From Epiperipatus broadwayi (taxonomy: Eukaryota > Animalia > Onychophora): a stretch of DNA of 64,000 nucleotides. Position 1 is the stretch's first letter. Every line of letters begins with the position of its first letter. Of this stretch, positions 40,679 through 51,500 are shown piece after piece. The notes under the pieces are model-generated. The model searched no databases and had not been told where the DNA came from. It saw only the letters and a program-made list of their open reading frames with translations. The DNA lies in contig JAQFVV010000001.1 in assembly GCA_028023455.1 (NCBI GenBank), positions 20,026,001-20,090,000 on the forward strand, given 5' to 3'. The position numbers were made by a program, and so were the translations under genes.

Positions 40679-40977
40679 AAGAAGTTTTACTATTAACTGA
40701 AAGGAGACCCTTTGATTCCTCTTGGAGGCCTTAAAGGAACCGAGCAGGGCAAATTCCTAATGTCCACTCCATACGTTCTTGTTGTTGCAGCTGTTATTAC
40801 TATGTGATTATTCATATAGTATATGAACATGGATGGGCTGCTCACCAACATGCATTAGCCAGCGTGGTGAGTTTATTGGCTTTTTACCTCTGAGTTTAAG
40901 ATCAAGAAACACCATGGTCTTCTTCTCAGTGCCTGATAAGGCAGAATGAATGTTTGTGTAAATGATAAATATTTTCC

Positions 40978-40980
<3 letters not shown>

Positions 40981-41043
<63 letters not shown>
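40981..41043. repeat. (TA)n microsatellite immediately 5' of the RTE ORF
   Basis: About 31 TA units, directly visible. Confidence 0.98.
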
Positions 41044-41048
<5 letters not shown>

Positions 41049-41053
41049 CAATT

Positions 41054-43975
41054 ATGACAGACAAAAATAAAGCATGGCCCTTGGCTGAAGGTGCAGGGTG
41101 CTAAGAATCCTCTGATTGCAGACCCAGGCTGTCATTTGATGATGACTTTTTATTTAGCTACTTACAACTGCAGATCACTTTCAAGTGAAGGAAGATTGCA
41201 AGAATTAGAAGAAGAACTGTCTTATATTAAATGGGACATTATTGGACTTTGTGAAGTTAGAAGAAAAGGTGAAGAGACAATTGATTTAAAAAGTGGACAT
41301 ATACTCTATTATAAAGGCACAAATATTGGAAATAAAAGTGGAGTAGGATTCATTATAAATAAAAAGTGGAAGAACAATATTGTGGAGATTGATGGTGTAT
41401 CGGACAGAGTGGCAAGATTAGTTATACAACTTAATAGCAGATACCAAATGCAGATAATTCAGGTTTATGCCCCAACAAGTTCTCATAGTGATGAAGTAGT
41501 AGAAGATTTTTATATGGATGTACAAAAGGCTTTTGATCAGAGTAAACAGCATTTTAAAATTGTTATGGGAGACTTTAATGCTAGAATTGGTAAAAAAAAA
41601 ATGAAAGATGAAAGTGCTGTGGGTGATTTTGGTTATGGTAATAGAAATGAGAGAGGACATAGACTTGTGGAGTTTGCAGAGAAAGAAAAACTTTATATTA
41701 TGAATTCTTTTTTTGAGAAAAATGTTAAAAAGAAATGGACATGGAAGCATCCAAATGAAGGTACAGCAGAATTGGATTATATTTTGACTAACAGGAAATA
41801 CATATTTCAAGATTGCAATGTTCTTAATAAATTTAACACAGGAAGTGATCATCGATTAGTAAGGTGTAAGATACGTGTTAATGTAAAACTAGAGAGACAA
41901 AAATTATTAAGAAAAACAATATTTACAGTTGATATTCCTAATCTTCAGAAACATTCTAATGAATTTAAATTAGAACTTACAAATCGGTTTCAAGTATTAG
42001 TAGATTTTGAACATGATTCAGATTTGAATGAAATTAATATGAAAATAACTGATACACTTTTGAATACTGCAACAAAGATAGCTGGTAGAAAGAAACAGCA
42101 ATTGACCAATAAAATTTCTACTGAGACTAGAGAATTTATGAAGAAAAGAAGGAATACGAAGATATACAAAAATGATGCATTAAAAAGAATTGAATATCTC
42201 GAATTTTGTAAAATGGTACAGAAAAGAGTTGAAAATGATATAAGAAAGTATAACTGTGAACTAGCAAGGAAAGCTGTAGAAGAAAATAAAAGTCTTAAAA
42301 ATGTAAAACAACATTTTGGTATTGGTAGGAAATTTATATGTGCAATAAAAAAAAAAGATGGAATTATTACTAAAAAGAGAGATGACATCATGAAATTGGT
42401 AGAAGATTTTTATCAAGAATTATATAGTAATAAAGAACAAGTACCTCATATATCTATTACATCTTCCAAATTGCCCAGAATTTTAAATGAAGAAGTGAGA
42501 CATGCAATTAAATGTATGAAGAAAGGAAAGGCTCCAGGTAATGATGGAATTATAATTGATATATTAAAAGAAGCAGGTGAAGAAATAGAAAAAATTTTAG
42601 CAAAGTTATATACCAAATGTCTAAATGATAAAGATGTACCGGATGATTGGAAGAATGCAGTAATAATATTAATATTTAAAAAAGGTGATAAAGAAGATAT
42701 TAGAAATTACAGACCTATCAGCCTTTTATCAGTTTTATATAAAATTTTTACCAAGATAATTACTATTCGTCTACAGAGAACATTGGATTTCCACCAACCA
42801 AGAGAACAAGCCGGATTTAAAAGTGGTTTTAGTACAGTAGATCATATCCAGGTATTGAGAGAAGTTATAGAAAGGACAAATGAATATGAGTTGCCATTAT
42901 GCTTATGATTTGTAGATTATGAAAAGGCATTTGATTCTATAAACATTTCTTCAGTGATTAAAGCATTAGATCATCAAGGTATAGATCCAGGATATTGTCA
43001 TATTTTAAAGAATATTTATAAAAATGCAACAGCAACAATTAGATTACATAATGACACTGGGAAAGTCAACATTGAGAAAGGTGTAAGACAAGGTGACTCC
43101 ATATCTCTAAAACTTTTTACAGCAGTGCTGCATGAAGTATTTTGTGGATTAAAATGGGAAACTAAAGGAGTGAAAGTAAATGGTGATTATTTAAGTCATT
43201 TAGATTTCGCAGATGATGTAGTTGTTTTTGCAAATAATGCTTCAGATCTGCAGGAAATGTTGCAGGAATTATCAGATGAAAGTAGAAAAGTAGGACTAAA
43301 GATAAATGTTAAAAAGACTAAAGTAATGTTTAATCGATTTGCTCAAAATATGAAAATAAAGATTGATTATGATGAATTAGAAGAAGTTAACAGTTACAAA
43401 TACCTTGGTCAGATTATTAATACAGATGGAAACATAATGGAGGAAATTAATCATAGAATTAAAGTGCTTTTGGTAGAAATAACTTGATACTAAAAGGAAA
43501 TATGCCTATGTGTTTGAAAAGGAAGGTTTTTAACAAATGTGTTTTACCAGTTCTTACTTATGGATCTGAGACTTGGACACTTAATAGAAGAGCAATTCAG
43601 AGACTTCAGACCACTCAAAGAAGTATGGAGAGATGTATGTTGGGAGTAACAAGAAGAGATCGTAAACGCAATGTATGGGTAAGAGAACAACAGGTGTTAC
43701 TGACCTCATTGAAAAAATTAAAAGACTGAAGTGGAGTTGGGCTGGACATATTGTTAGAAGAGATGATAATAGATGGACAATTGAAATTTTAAACTGGATT
43801 CCAAGAGATTGTAAAAGACCCAGAAAGAGACCACATGTGAGATGGATGGATGAAATAAGAAAGTGTGCAGGGGTGACGTGGAGAAGAGAAGCTAAAGATC
43901 GGAGAAGATGGATTAAACTTGGAGAGACCTTCATCCTGCAGTGGATTGATAATGGTTGATAATGATATATATATA
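41054..43975 (+). mobile_element. RTE-clade non-LTR retrotransposon, near full-length, inactivated
   Basis: APE endonuclease (ATYNCRSL, WDIIGLCEVRR, QVYAPT, VMGDFNA, LDYIL, SDHRLV), then RT (KAPGNDG, YRPISLLS, EQAGF, DYEKAFDS, GVRQGDSIS, FADDVV, YLGQ), then the RTE C-terminus (YGSETW, KWSWAGHIVR, KRPHVRWMD). It ends in a very short TGATAATGAT tail. Confidence 0.96.
41091..43959 (+). pseudogene. RTE EN-RT polyprotein, disrupted
   Basis: In-frame TGA at 42906-42908 (LCL*FVDYEKAFD), a deletion of about 10 nt near 43465, and a 1-nt deletion near 43690. These split it into ORFs 41091-42908, 42954-43487, 43484-43729 and 43675-43959. Confidence 0.93.
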
Positions 43976-44344
43976 TATTAAATTAGATTCACAAAAAACT
44001 ATAAACAAATTTTAAAGTTATTTTTAATGTTAGCAATTTCTTTACACTTATTACATACATTTTTTTAAAATCAAATGAATTTATACCAACTATATTTTAA
44101 ATAAATGAAAAACTACTTATGTAAACATAAGCTATCCTCCCCTGCCCAAAAGCAAAAAACAAAATATAAATATTGAAATCACAATTATACATTAGGGATA
44201 GTTCATTATCAGCGATATTTTTTATTGTTTTGTAAACTTTTAACACAAATAGTCCTCATAATATCCATACCTATCATAATGTGACAGAATTTCTTTATGT
44301 CATTAAGATAAATAAATAAAAAAGGCATCATCACTACCCTTTTT

Positions 44345-44745
44345 TACAATATTGATCCATTGCAGAACAAAGTCATCTCTAAGATCAATCCATTTTCTCT
44401 GATCCCTAGTTTCACTTCTCCATACTATACAGAAAACTTCTTTATTTCATCCATTTATCTCACATGTGATCTCTTTCTAAATCTTTTGCAATTTCTTAAC
44501 ATCCAATTTAAAACATCAACTTTTTATTCATTATCATGTCTTGAAGTTATATGTCCATTCAGCTCCATTTCCATTTTTAAATTTTTTCAATGATGTTATT
44601 GAAACCTGATATCTCTCAGTCATGTATTTTGATCTACTCTTGTTCCTCCTAACAATTTCTCAATATTTTGTTGAGTAATTTGAAGACTTCACATTGCTCT
44701 TCCATTAATATCCAAATCTCAGATTCACAAGTATGAACTGGAAAT
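44345..44745 (-). mobile_element. Older 3' fragment of the same RTE family
   Basis: Minus strand aligns to about 43540-43960 (AGATCACATGTGAGAT..ATGGATGAAATAA, CTGCAATGGAT) with many substitutions and a GATGATG tail remnant. Confidence 0.8.
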
Positions 44746-45514
44746 AAAACAAAAATAATCTAAAATACAAAGTGTCTCTATATATAAAATGAAATAAATC
44801 ATTTTTTGACAAAGATTTAAAAAAAATAACACAAAAAAATTTTATGCATCATCTCCCTAAAATATTATTCATGTTTTATAATATATGTAACATTATTAAT
44901 GCATGAAAACATAGCACTTTTCTTGTGTTTGCATCTAAAAGTAAATTTCTCTTTTAGTTATTGATTAATATATATAAAAACTCTCTCTACACAAGTATAT
45001 TGATAATGCAAGACTGAGCAAATTTAACTCAAGCTAGAAATTATATAAATGATATTCAATTTCATGCCTAGTACTTTTTATATATATTTAAATATAAATC
45101 TCATTTTTACTTCTCGAAATTTAACAAGCTATTAGCTCACTCTTGTGAAATTTTTCTGAGTAATTAAAAAGATGCGATGCTGTAATTTTTTCTCTTTAAA
45201 AGAATAAAGAAAAAAAAAACATAAGCAGATAAAAACTGAAGACTTTTAAATTCAAATGAAAAATATATGTATTTATTTTAAAAAAATGTATACTACCAAA
45301 TGCACTGTTTTTATGTTGTTTCTTTTTAAGCTAAAGGTTTTGCAATCACTAACTTCTATCAAAAATATATTTATATATGAAGGAATAATGCACAGTATAA
45401 TGGAATAATTTAAATATATATAATATTTTAATTATGCAGTAAATGATTTAGCATCACTTTATAAAAAATTCCTTATTATTCTTAATATTTTATAAAAACC
45501 TATTCTTTTATTTA

Positions 45515-45535
45515 AGATCGGAAGAGCGTCGTGTA
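45515..45535 (+). other. Illumina TruSeq adapter fragment (assembly artefact)
   Basis: AGATCGGAAGAGCGTCGTGTA is identical to the first 21 nt of the Illumina adapter AGATCGGAAGAGCGTCGTGTAGGG..., and sits in otherwise CpG-poor AT-rich DNA. Confidence 0.92.
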
Positions 45536-46039
45536 TGACTGAAAAAGATCTTTAAAATTCCACTGTTAGGCAAACACTTCTCCAGCATCCCTCTAAAGTG
45601 TAATTAATATAAATGGGAAAATAATACTTATCAGACTAATCAAATATCTGTGATAAAGTGTGTAGAGTTTTTTATTTTTTTATACATATTGTATCGTGTA
45701 CTTTAAATTATGTAAATATATTTTCATCTCCCCATAACTGATGATCACCTAAGTATATAAAAAAGTTTAATTCTTAATTTAATTATATATATATATATAT
45801 TGTACATATACATACAGTATTCAATTATTTAAAAAAAAAAAAAAATTTTTTTTATTCTTTTATATATACAGAGATTTATATGTATAGTTCTATTATTATG
45901 AATAAGCAGTTCTTTTTATGATTTATTATATAATATTATTTTATTAAATAATATGTGTTAAATTTATTTAACTTTCATTTTGTTAAAATAGAGTAAATCA
46001 GAAAAGTGTGAAATAAAATTGTTATATTAGGAGATAAAA

Positions 46040-46900
46040 AATTGTACACGTGTGAAACAATGAATAGATCGGTACAAACACAAAGATGCTTTTACACTTA
46101 TTTCTGATGGCTATAGATTCCAGCTTTGTTGATTATCTGTATCTTAAAATTATTTTTACAAAAGAGGTGCTTTGATGTAGATGATAGCGATCAATTATAA
46201 GTCGTCATTGATTGTGACCGTCAAACTTGTGAAGCTTTGATTTTTTTTAAGATTTCCAGATGTTTTTCGCGATATAAACGATTAAAACAATTTTTTTAGG
46301 CAGTCAGTCTAAAATTTTTTTAAAGAGGCAGTTAATCATAAATTTTTTTAAGAGTCAGTAATAAATTTCTTTAGAGAGATGATCAGTTAAATTATTATTA
46401 TTATTTTGAGACTCAACTCAATTGGTCCTTCCTTGTTATAATTCTTAAGCAGAAATGTAAGCTCGAATCTTTTTTTAAAAAAAAAGAGAGTGAACGCTTT
46501 AATTCTTTTTTCTCACTCTTTGAAAGTTAAAAAAAAAAAAAAAAAGAGCAAATGAAATGTGCGTTTATATAAAACAAACCAGCAATATTAAAGGAGAAAA
46601 GAGAAATGGAACAAGATTGAATTTATAAGAAGTTAGTCCTAATTATATAAAAAATGATATTAACATATTTAGCTCTGCATAATACTATGCTTTTGCATTG
46701 CTAAACCATTGGTCTACTTCCTGATTTATACAGAAGGAGTCAAAATCGCTGATCTATCTATGAAATCATGTATCCAGTAATAACCAACAAAATGATAAAT
46801 TTTGAAGCCAACCACGCAAGCTATATGGAATGCTTTGTTCCTAGTTCATGTCTTATTAAAAGCTCACTGCCTTCGAACCAATGGAGAAGGGGAAATAGGA
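46040..46900. promoter_or_regulatory. CpG-retaining patch (putative regulatory region)
   Basis: About 14 CpGs in about 850 bp, including a CACGTG E-box near 46047. No TE homology recognised. Confidence 0.3.
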
Positions 46901-47496
46901 GGAAAAGAAAATTTAAAACAGCTATGTAGAACCAAGTTTGAAGCCATAAATCAAATTTTTTGTTGATTTACCTCAATCATCTAAAGTGTCAACAGCAATT
47001 ATTTTTTTAGAGAAGAGAAACAAGCAAATCCACTGGTACCTACTTATTCAAAGTACTTATAATAATTTTTTTTCTTTTAAATGGTAGAAGGAAGCCAATC
47101 AACAGTGAATAATAAGGAAATTGAAGAAACAAGCAAAGTCAATTGATTCAGCATTATCTTAAAAGTATCTGCAATGATTTTTTTTTGTTGGTGAGCAAAG
47201 AAAAGCAGTCTAAAATTCAAATTCAGGACATTAATAAGAAGTAAAAAGTAGACGGGTAAATATGAACTTTCTTTAACCGATTTTATTCTTTTACTTATTA
47301 AAAGTAAACCTTAATTTACTGGTCAAGGCAATTTTCTTTTTTTGATACAGAAACATTAAAGACTTGTTTATCTATAGTTATTTGCAATATCTCACAACAT
47401 AGCACAAACATAGTTTAAATCTTTAAACTTAAATTTTTCATTATTTTTTTTTATTATATATTGTAATGTTGAAATGTTTTTTTATTTTATTTTAAT

Positions 47497-47776
47497 AATT
47501 GTTACAAATGGCGCACCAACTAGGGCTCGAAATAAGCCAAATAATGGCTTGAAATACCCCACATACATGAGAGATGGGTAGTATATGGTGATGACAGGTG
47601 TATGGTTTGTAGCGATTAATTGATTTATTTTAATTGTTACAAATGGCGCACCAACTAGGGCTCGAAATAAGCCAAATAATGGCTTGAAATACCCCACATA
47701 CATGAGAGATGGGTAGTATATGGTGATGACAGGTGTATGGTTTGTAGCAATTAATTGATTTATTTAAATTGTTACA
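47497..47776. repeat. Tandem duplication with a 135-bp unit (2 copies plus a partial third)
   Basis: GTTACAAATGG recurs at 47501 and 47636, and GTTACAA at 47771. The copies are nearly identical. Confidence 0.96.
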
Positions 47777-50699
47777 ATATATATATATATATATATTGTA
47801 TATATATATATATATATATATAAATCAATATATAAATCATATAGTATAGAAAAATTAGTACATATATATACACATACTGCATAAAAGTCATTCCAGTATA
47901 TATAAATGTTTTTGAAGTCTCATTGAAAAATGATGATACATCCCTGTCATATCCACAACTTATATTCAAAGACCAAATAGATTAAACTTGAAAAAATATT
48001 TCAGCTTCCAATGGGTCATATGGCTTTTGTTCAGAGATAACCGGTTTCTATGCACGTCAACAGATTATATAATATTAATCAATCAATAAATATCTAGTTG
48101 TTCTTAACTAAAGAATGATAAGAAGATTGGAAACTGTTCAAACTTTCATCACCCAGCTATTAGTAAGCATGATAGGTATTGCCATCTCCTTCAGAGTTTC
48201 TCTATGAAAAGCTATTATATACATATATTTGTTTTATTTTTTACAAATATATTGTGATGACTGATATAAATTAAATCTCAACTCCTGTAAAGGTATGTAG
48301 AGTTTCAAGTTAGAAAAGTAATTTGAAAATAAATGTTGCGAAGTATAGCATTATGATCACAATAAATTGAACAAAATGTAAATAAAAAACATAAAAATGT
48401 CATTTTGTTATACATAAAAGTATGTGTTTCCAAATGTGTAAGAGATAAAATTAGATCATTGATTAAAGTTCTGTTAGTCATTTATTGAATTGTTTACAGT
48501 ATTCTACTCAGTAAGCAAAGTTAAAAAGTAATTTTTAGAATAATTCAGAGCTGAAAAATGAAATAATTATCATATATATTCATTATACAAGCTTTTTACA
48601 AGGTGTATACATTTTGTATGTGTACTTGTAAAGACTATGTCCTTAAAATTCCACTTTACATTATAGTGAAAAAGAGGTTTGATCTTTATGCAGACATGCA
48701 ACAAATTTTGTAGTGGTAAGTTTGATTAGTTAAAAAATAATACCATAAATACACATTTTAAAAGCATTTAACAGATAATAAAATTAATAATTTATATTCA
48801 AAATTTTATTGCAGTAAACTGGTTTTGTCAAAATGCTATATAGAATTCCATATGCTCAAACTGTACAATTTTAATTTATAAAAATCGAAAAAATATATTA
48901 AAATTTTCAATTTGGTAAATAATCCACTATTCATGGTAGCCACAAATAATTTAAGATTTCGAAAACAAGATAAAAAATATAGAGATGTTTTTTGAAAAAT
49001 ACTCTGTGCAGAAAGATGGGTTAACTTTTTTAAGTTAAGAAATATATATTTCTGGTAAATGGGTAAGCAGCATAACAGGAAATTTATAAAAAATAGTTCA
49101 AAATAAGAGATTTTCATTTTTTGACAATTTACAAATTGAAAAACTTAAGATTGCAGACCAGAGAATTCAATCATATATAACATTTACTGAATAGAGCAAA
49201 ATTGGCCAATATTCAACAGCTACCTCCAACATAAACCTGATTACATTAATAGAAAAAAACGTATCCTTATGCCTATAGAAATAAAGAGAAAAACCACCAA
49301 TACAGTTTACTTTCAGTATATATGCTCATTTCAATAATGATAAACTATGTTGGTACTTATAGCTTCCTCAAGATTATGAGAAAGGTCCATCAAATATGCA
49401 CTGACTCATCACATTTTAACCTCATAAAACCTAGAAAAAATGAACAACCTGCCAAAAATATTGAGTATTAAATTGTAACCTATTGCCTGCACATTAAATG
49501 ATATGACAAACATGTACAGAGTTAATCTGCTTTATTGCCCTGGTATTTACCTATAAACTAAGCACAACGAATACCAACAAGTTAGGGAGACTGATATGCA
49601 AAAATTCCTAAAGATAATTCAATAAGGATTTAGAGAGAATCATGCTTTAGAGAGAATCATGCTAAGAAAGTGAATCCTTTTATACATTAGTAAAGAGCGT
49701 TATCTGTAAAAGAATGTGGAAAACTTTCATATTAAAAATAATAAACTTTCTCTTCCTTATGATATATAAACTGAACTTGTTCAAATATTATGCCAATTTA
49801 AAAATCATAATACATTCAAGCCCTAAATTTAGCACAGTCAACAAATATTGATTTATTTAAAGAATAAATGCCAAGCATGGGTGGAACACATGCTTTTAAA
49901 GTATTTATTGCCAGGAGAGTATGTATTAATTTTAATAGCATGTGTAAAGTTATTTCCTTCCACAATATATATACATTATAACATTTCCCCACCTTGCTAG
50001 GCCTCTATACATGATAAATTGCATGAGTTGATCAAGTTATGCAAAAAAAAAGAAAGTTTTGTTCCTATTTCTAAAAACATAACTATATTTCCTGATCAAC
50101 TCTACATAGTAATTGTTACGATTTACGCTATTGATGAAATCAACTTTTATTTCTTTTTATCGGGGTGCCAGGATTCATGTAAGAATCCGCTGAAATCTGT
50201 CATATGACATCTCGCAAATTACAAAGAAAAATGTTTCTAAAAGAATCGGTATTATATTTTACTGTAACTAAAATTATTTTCTAAATATCATTATTTCTGG
50301 AGCTTAGTCACATATTGGCAAAGGTAAAATATATTTCTAAATCTTACTAAACTAATATTAATAAATTTAACAATAATCATTAATAACTATTATTAATAAT
50401 GTACAAGGAAAAGTTGGTATTAGAAATAAATATTTTTATTCTAACAAATTAAAATATTTAAAGATAAATTACGAATTAAATAAACTGGAGAGAACACATG
50501 CATGTTAATCCAAACATGAATCAATTAATAAAAAACAATTTCACAATTACAGTTCATTTCCAAATTTCTTCTAGGAAGTTCCTTACAATGAATGTCTCTT
50601 GCATAAGAAAATTAATGTCTCTATTGGGATTATTTTAAGCATATTTTTAAGAATTGTTTGCAAATGCTTAATTTTGTCACAATCAGGAATAAGTAATCT

Positions 50700-51040
50700 T
50701 AACTTACCGGTAAATTTAGTGAGTTCACAAAGCTTGTAGATTACTATGCATAGTTTTTTTGTAGGAGAATGAGCTCAGCCATCGGTTATAAGTTGATCTT
50801 GTGGTCTATTCTACTGGTCGGTCATGAAAGCTTTTCTGGTGTCCATCTTCAGGAACAATGTCAGCAAAAGCTCCAGTTCACTCCAACATGCAGAATTATT
50901 TCAGCGTAGGGTGATCCTGGATATATTCTTTTGTTATCCAGGACTGACCATAGGAAAAACAGATGAAACAAGACATTGATCAAACTGGCCTCTTCCTTTT
51001 TATACTCGAGGTCCGGTTTTCAGACTTCTGCACATACCTT
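50700..51040 (-). mobile_element. Degraded Tc1-like transposase fragment
   Basis: Minus-strand pieces GQFDQCLV..VSPG, YAEIIL and FHDRPVE*TTRSTYNRW resemble GRxSvmvWG..GPG, YxxIL and FxQDNAPxHTSRxxxW of Tc1 DDE domains. Confidence 0.4.
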
Positions 51041-51391
51041 TTATTTGTCAAAAATATATGTTGATAATTTTGTACATTCTTTATAAAATTTACATTACAA
51101 AGTCTTTATTCTATAATGTCTTTCAGCCATCTTTAATTAGCTAAAATATTTTTCTTTTAGCTTATCTAGATTGGTAATTTGTGTGTCTTTTGTTCTCTCC
51201 AATTTTAACTTTTATTTTTAATTACATAAAAAAAAATATGAACGACAATTTTAACTTTCATTGTACGTTTTAAAAAAATAAATTATACTAATCAGAAAAA
51301 AATCTAAAAATGTTTTTCTTTTAAAAGATCGCTAAATTTACTTTTTTTTTTTCTTAGCTTTTAAATATCTTATCGAATGCCAATATATTTG

Positions 51392-51500
51392 TACCATATA
51401 AATAAATGGTACAATATATATATATATAATCATAAATACACATATATTTCTACCATATAAATAAATGGTACAATATATATATATATAATCATAAATACAC
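51392..51500. repeat. 59-bp tandem duplication containing a TACCAT/ATGGTA hairpin and a TA run
   Basis: TACCATATAAATAAATGGTACAATATATAT occurs at 51392 and 51451. Confidence 0.9.

Noticed and set aside
40700-40800. HDV-like ribozyme fit (CCTCTTGG, CTAAT)
   Set aside because: I could not form P1 and P3 by manual pairing; left to a covariance-model search.
41418-43934. Minus-strand ORFs 41418-41852, 41990-42391 and 43581-43934 (also 5578-5850, 25434-25679, 26561-26752, 30708-31034, 58463-58684)
   Set aside because: Antisense shadows of TE or H3 coding sequence, with no independent motifs.
47520-47545. TAGGGC...AAGCC resemblance to pistol or twister ribozymes
   Set aside because: The required P1 stem and pseudoknot partner (GCCCTA) are absent.
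47876-47962. Possible minus-strand exon CGYDRDVSSFFNETSKTFIYTGMTFM with a CA|GTATGT donor
   Set aside because: Weak acceptor, no recognisable domain and no partner exons; cannot be supported without RNA data.
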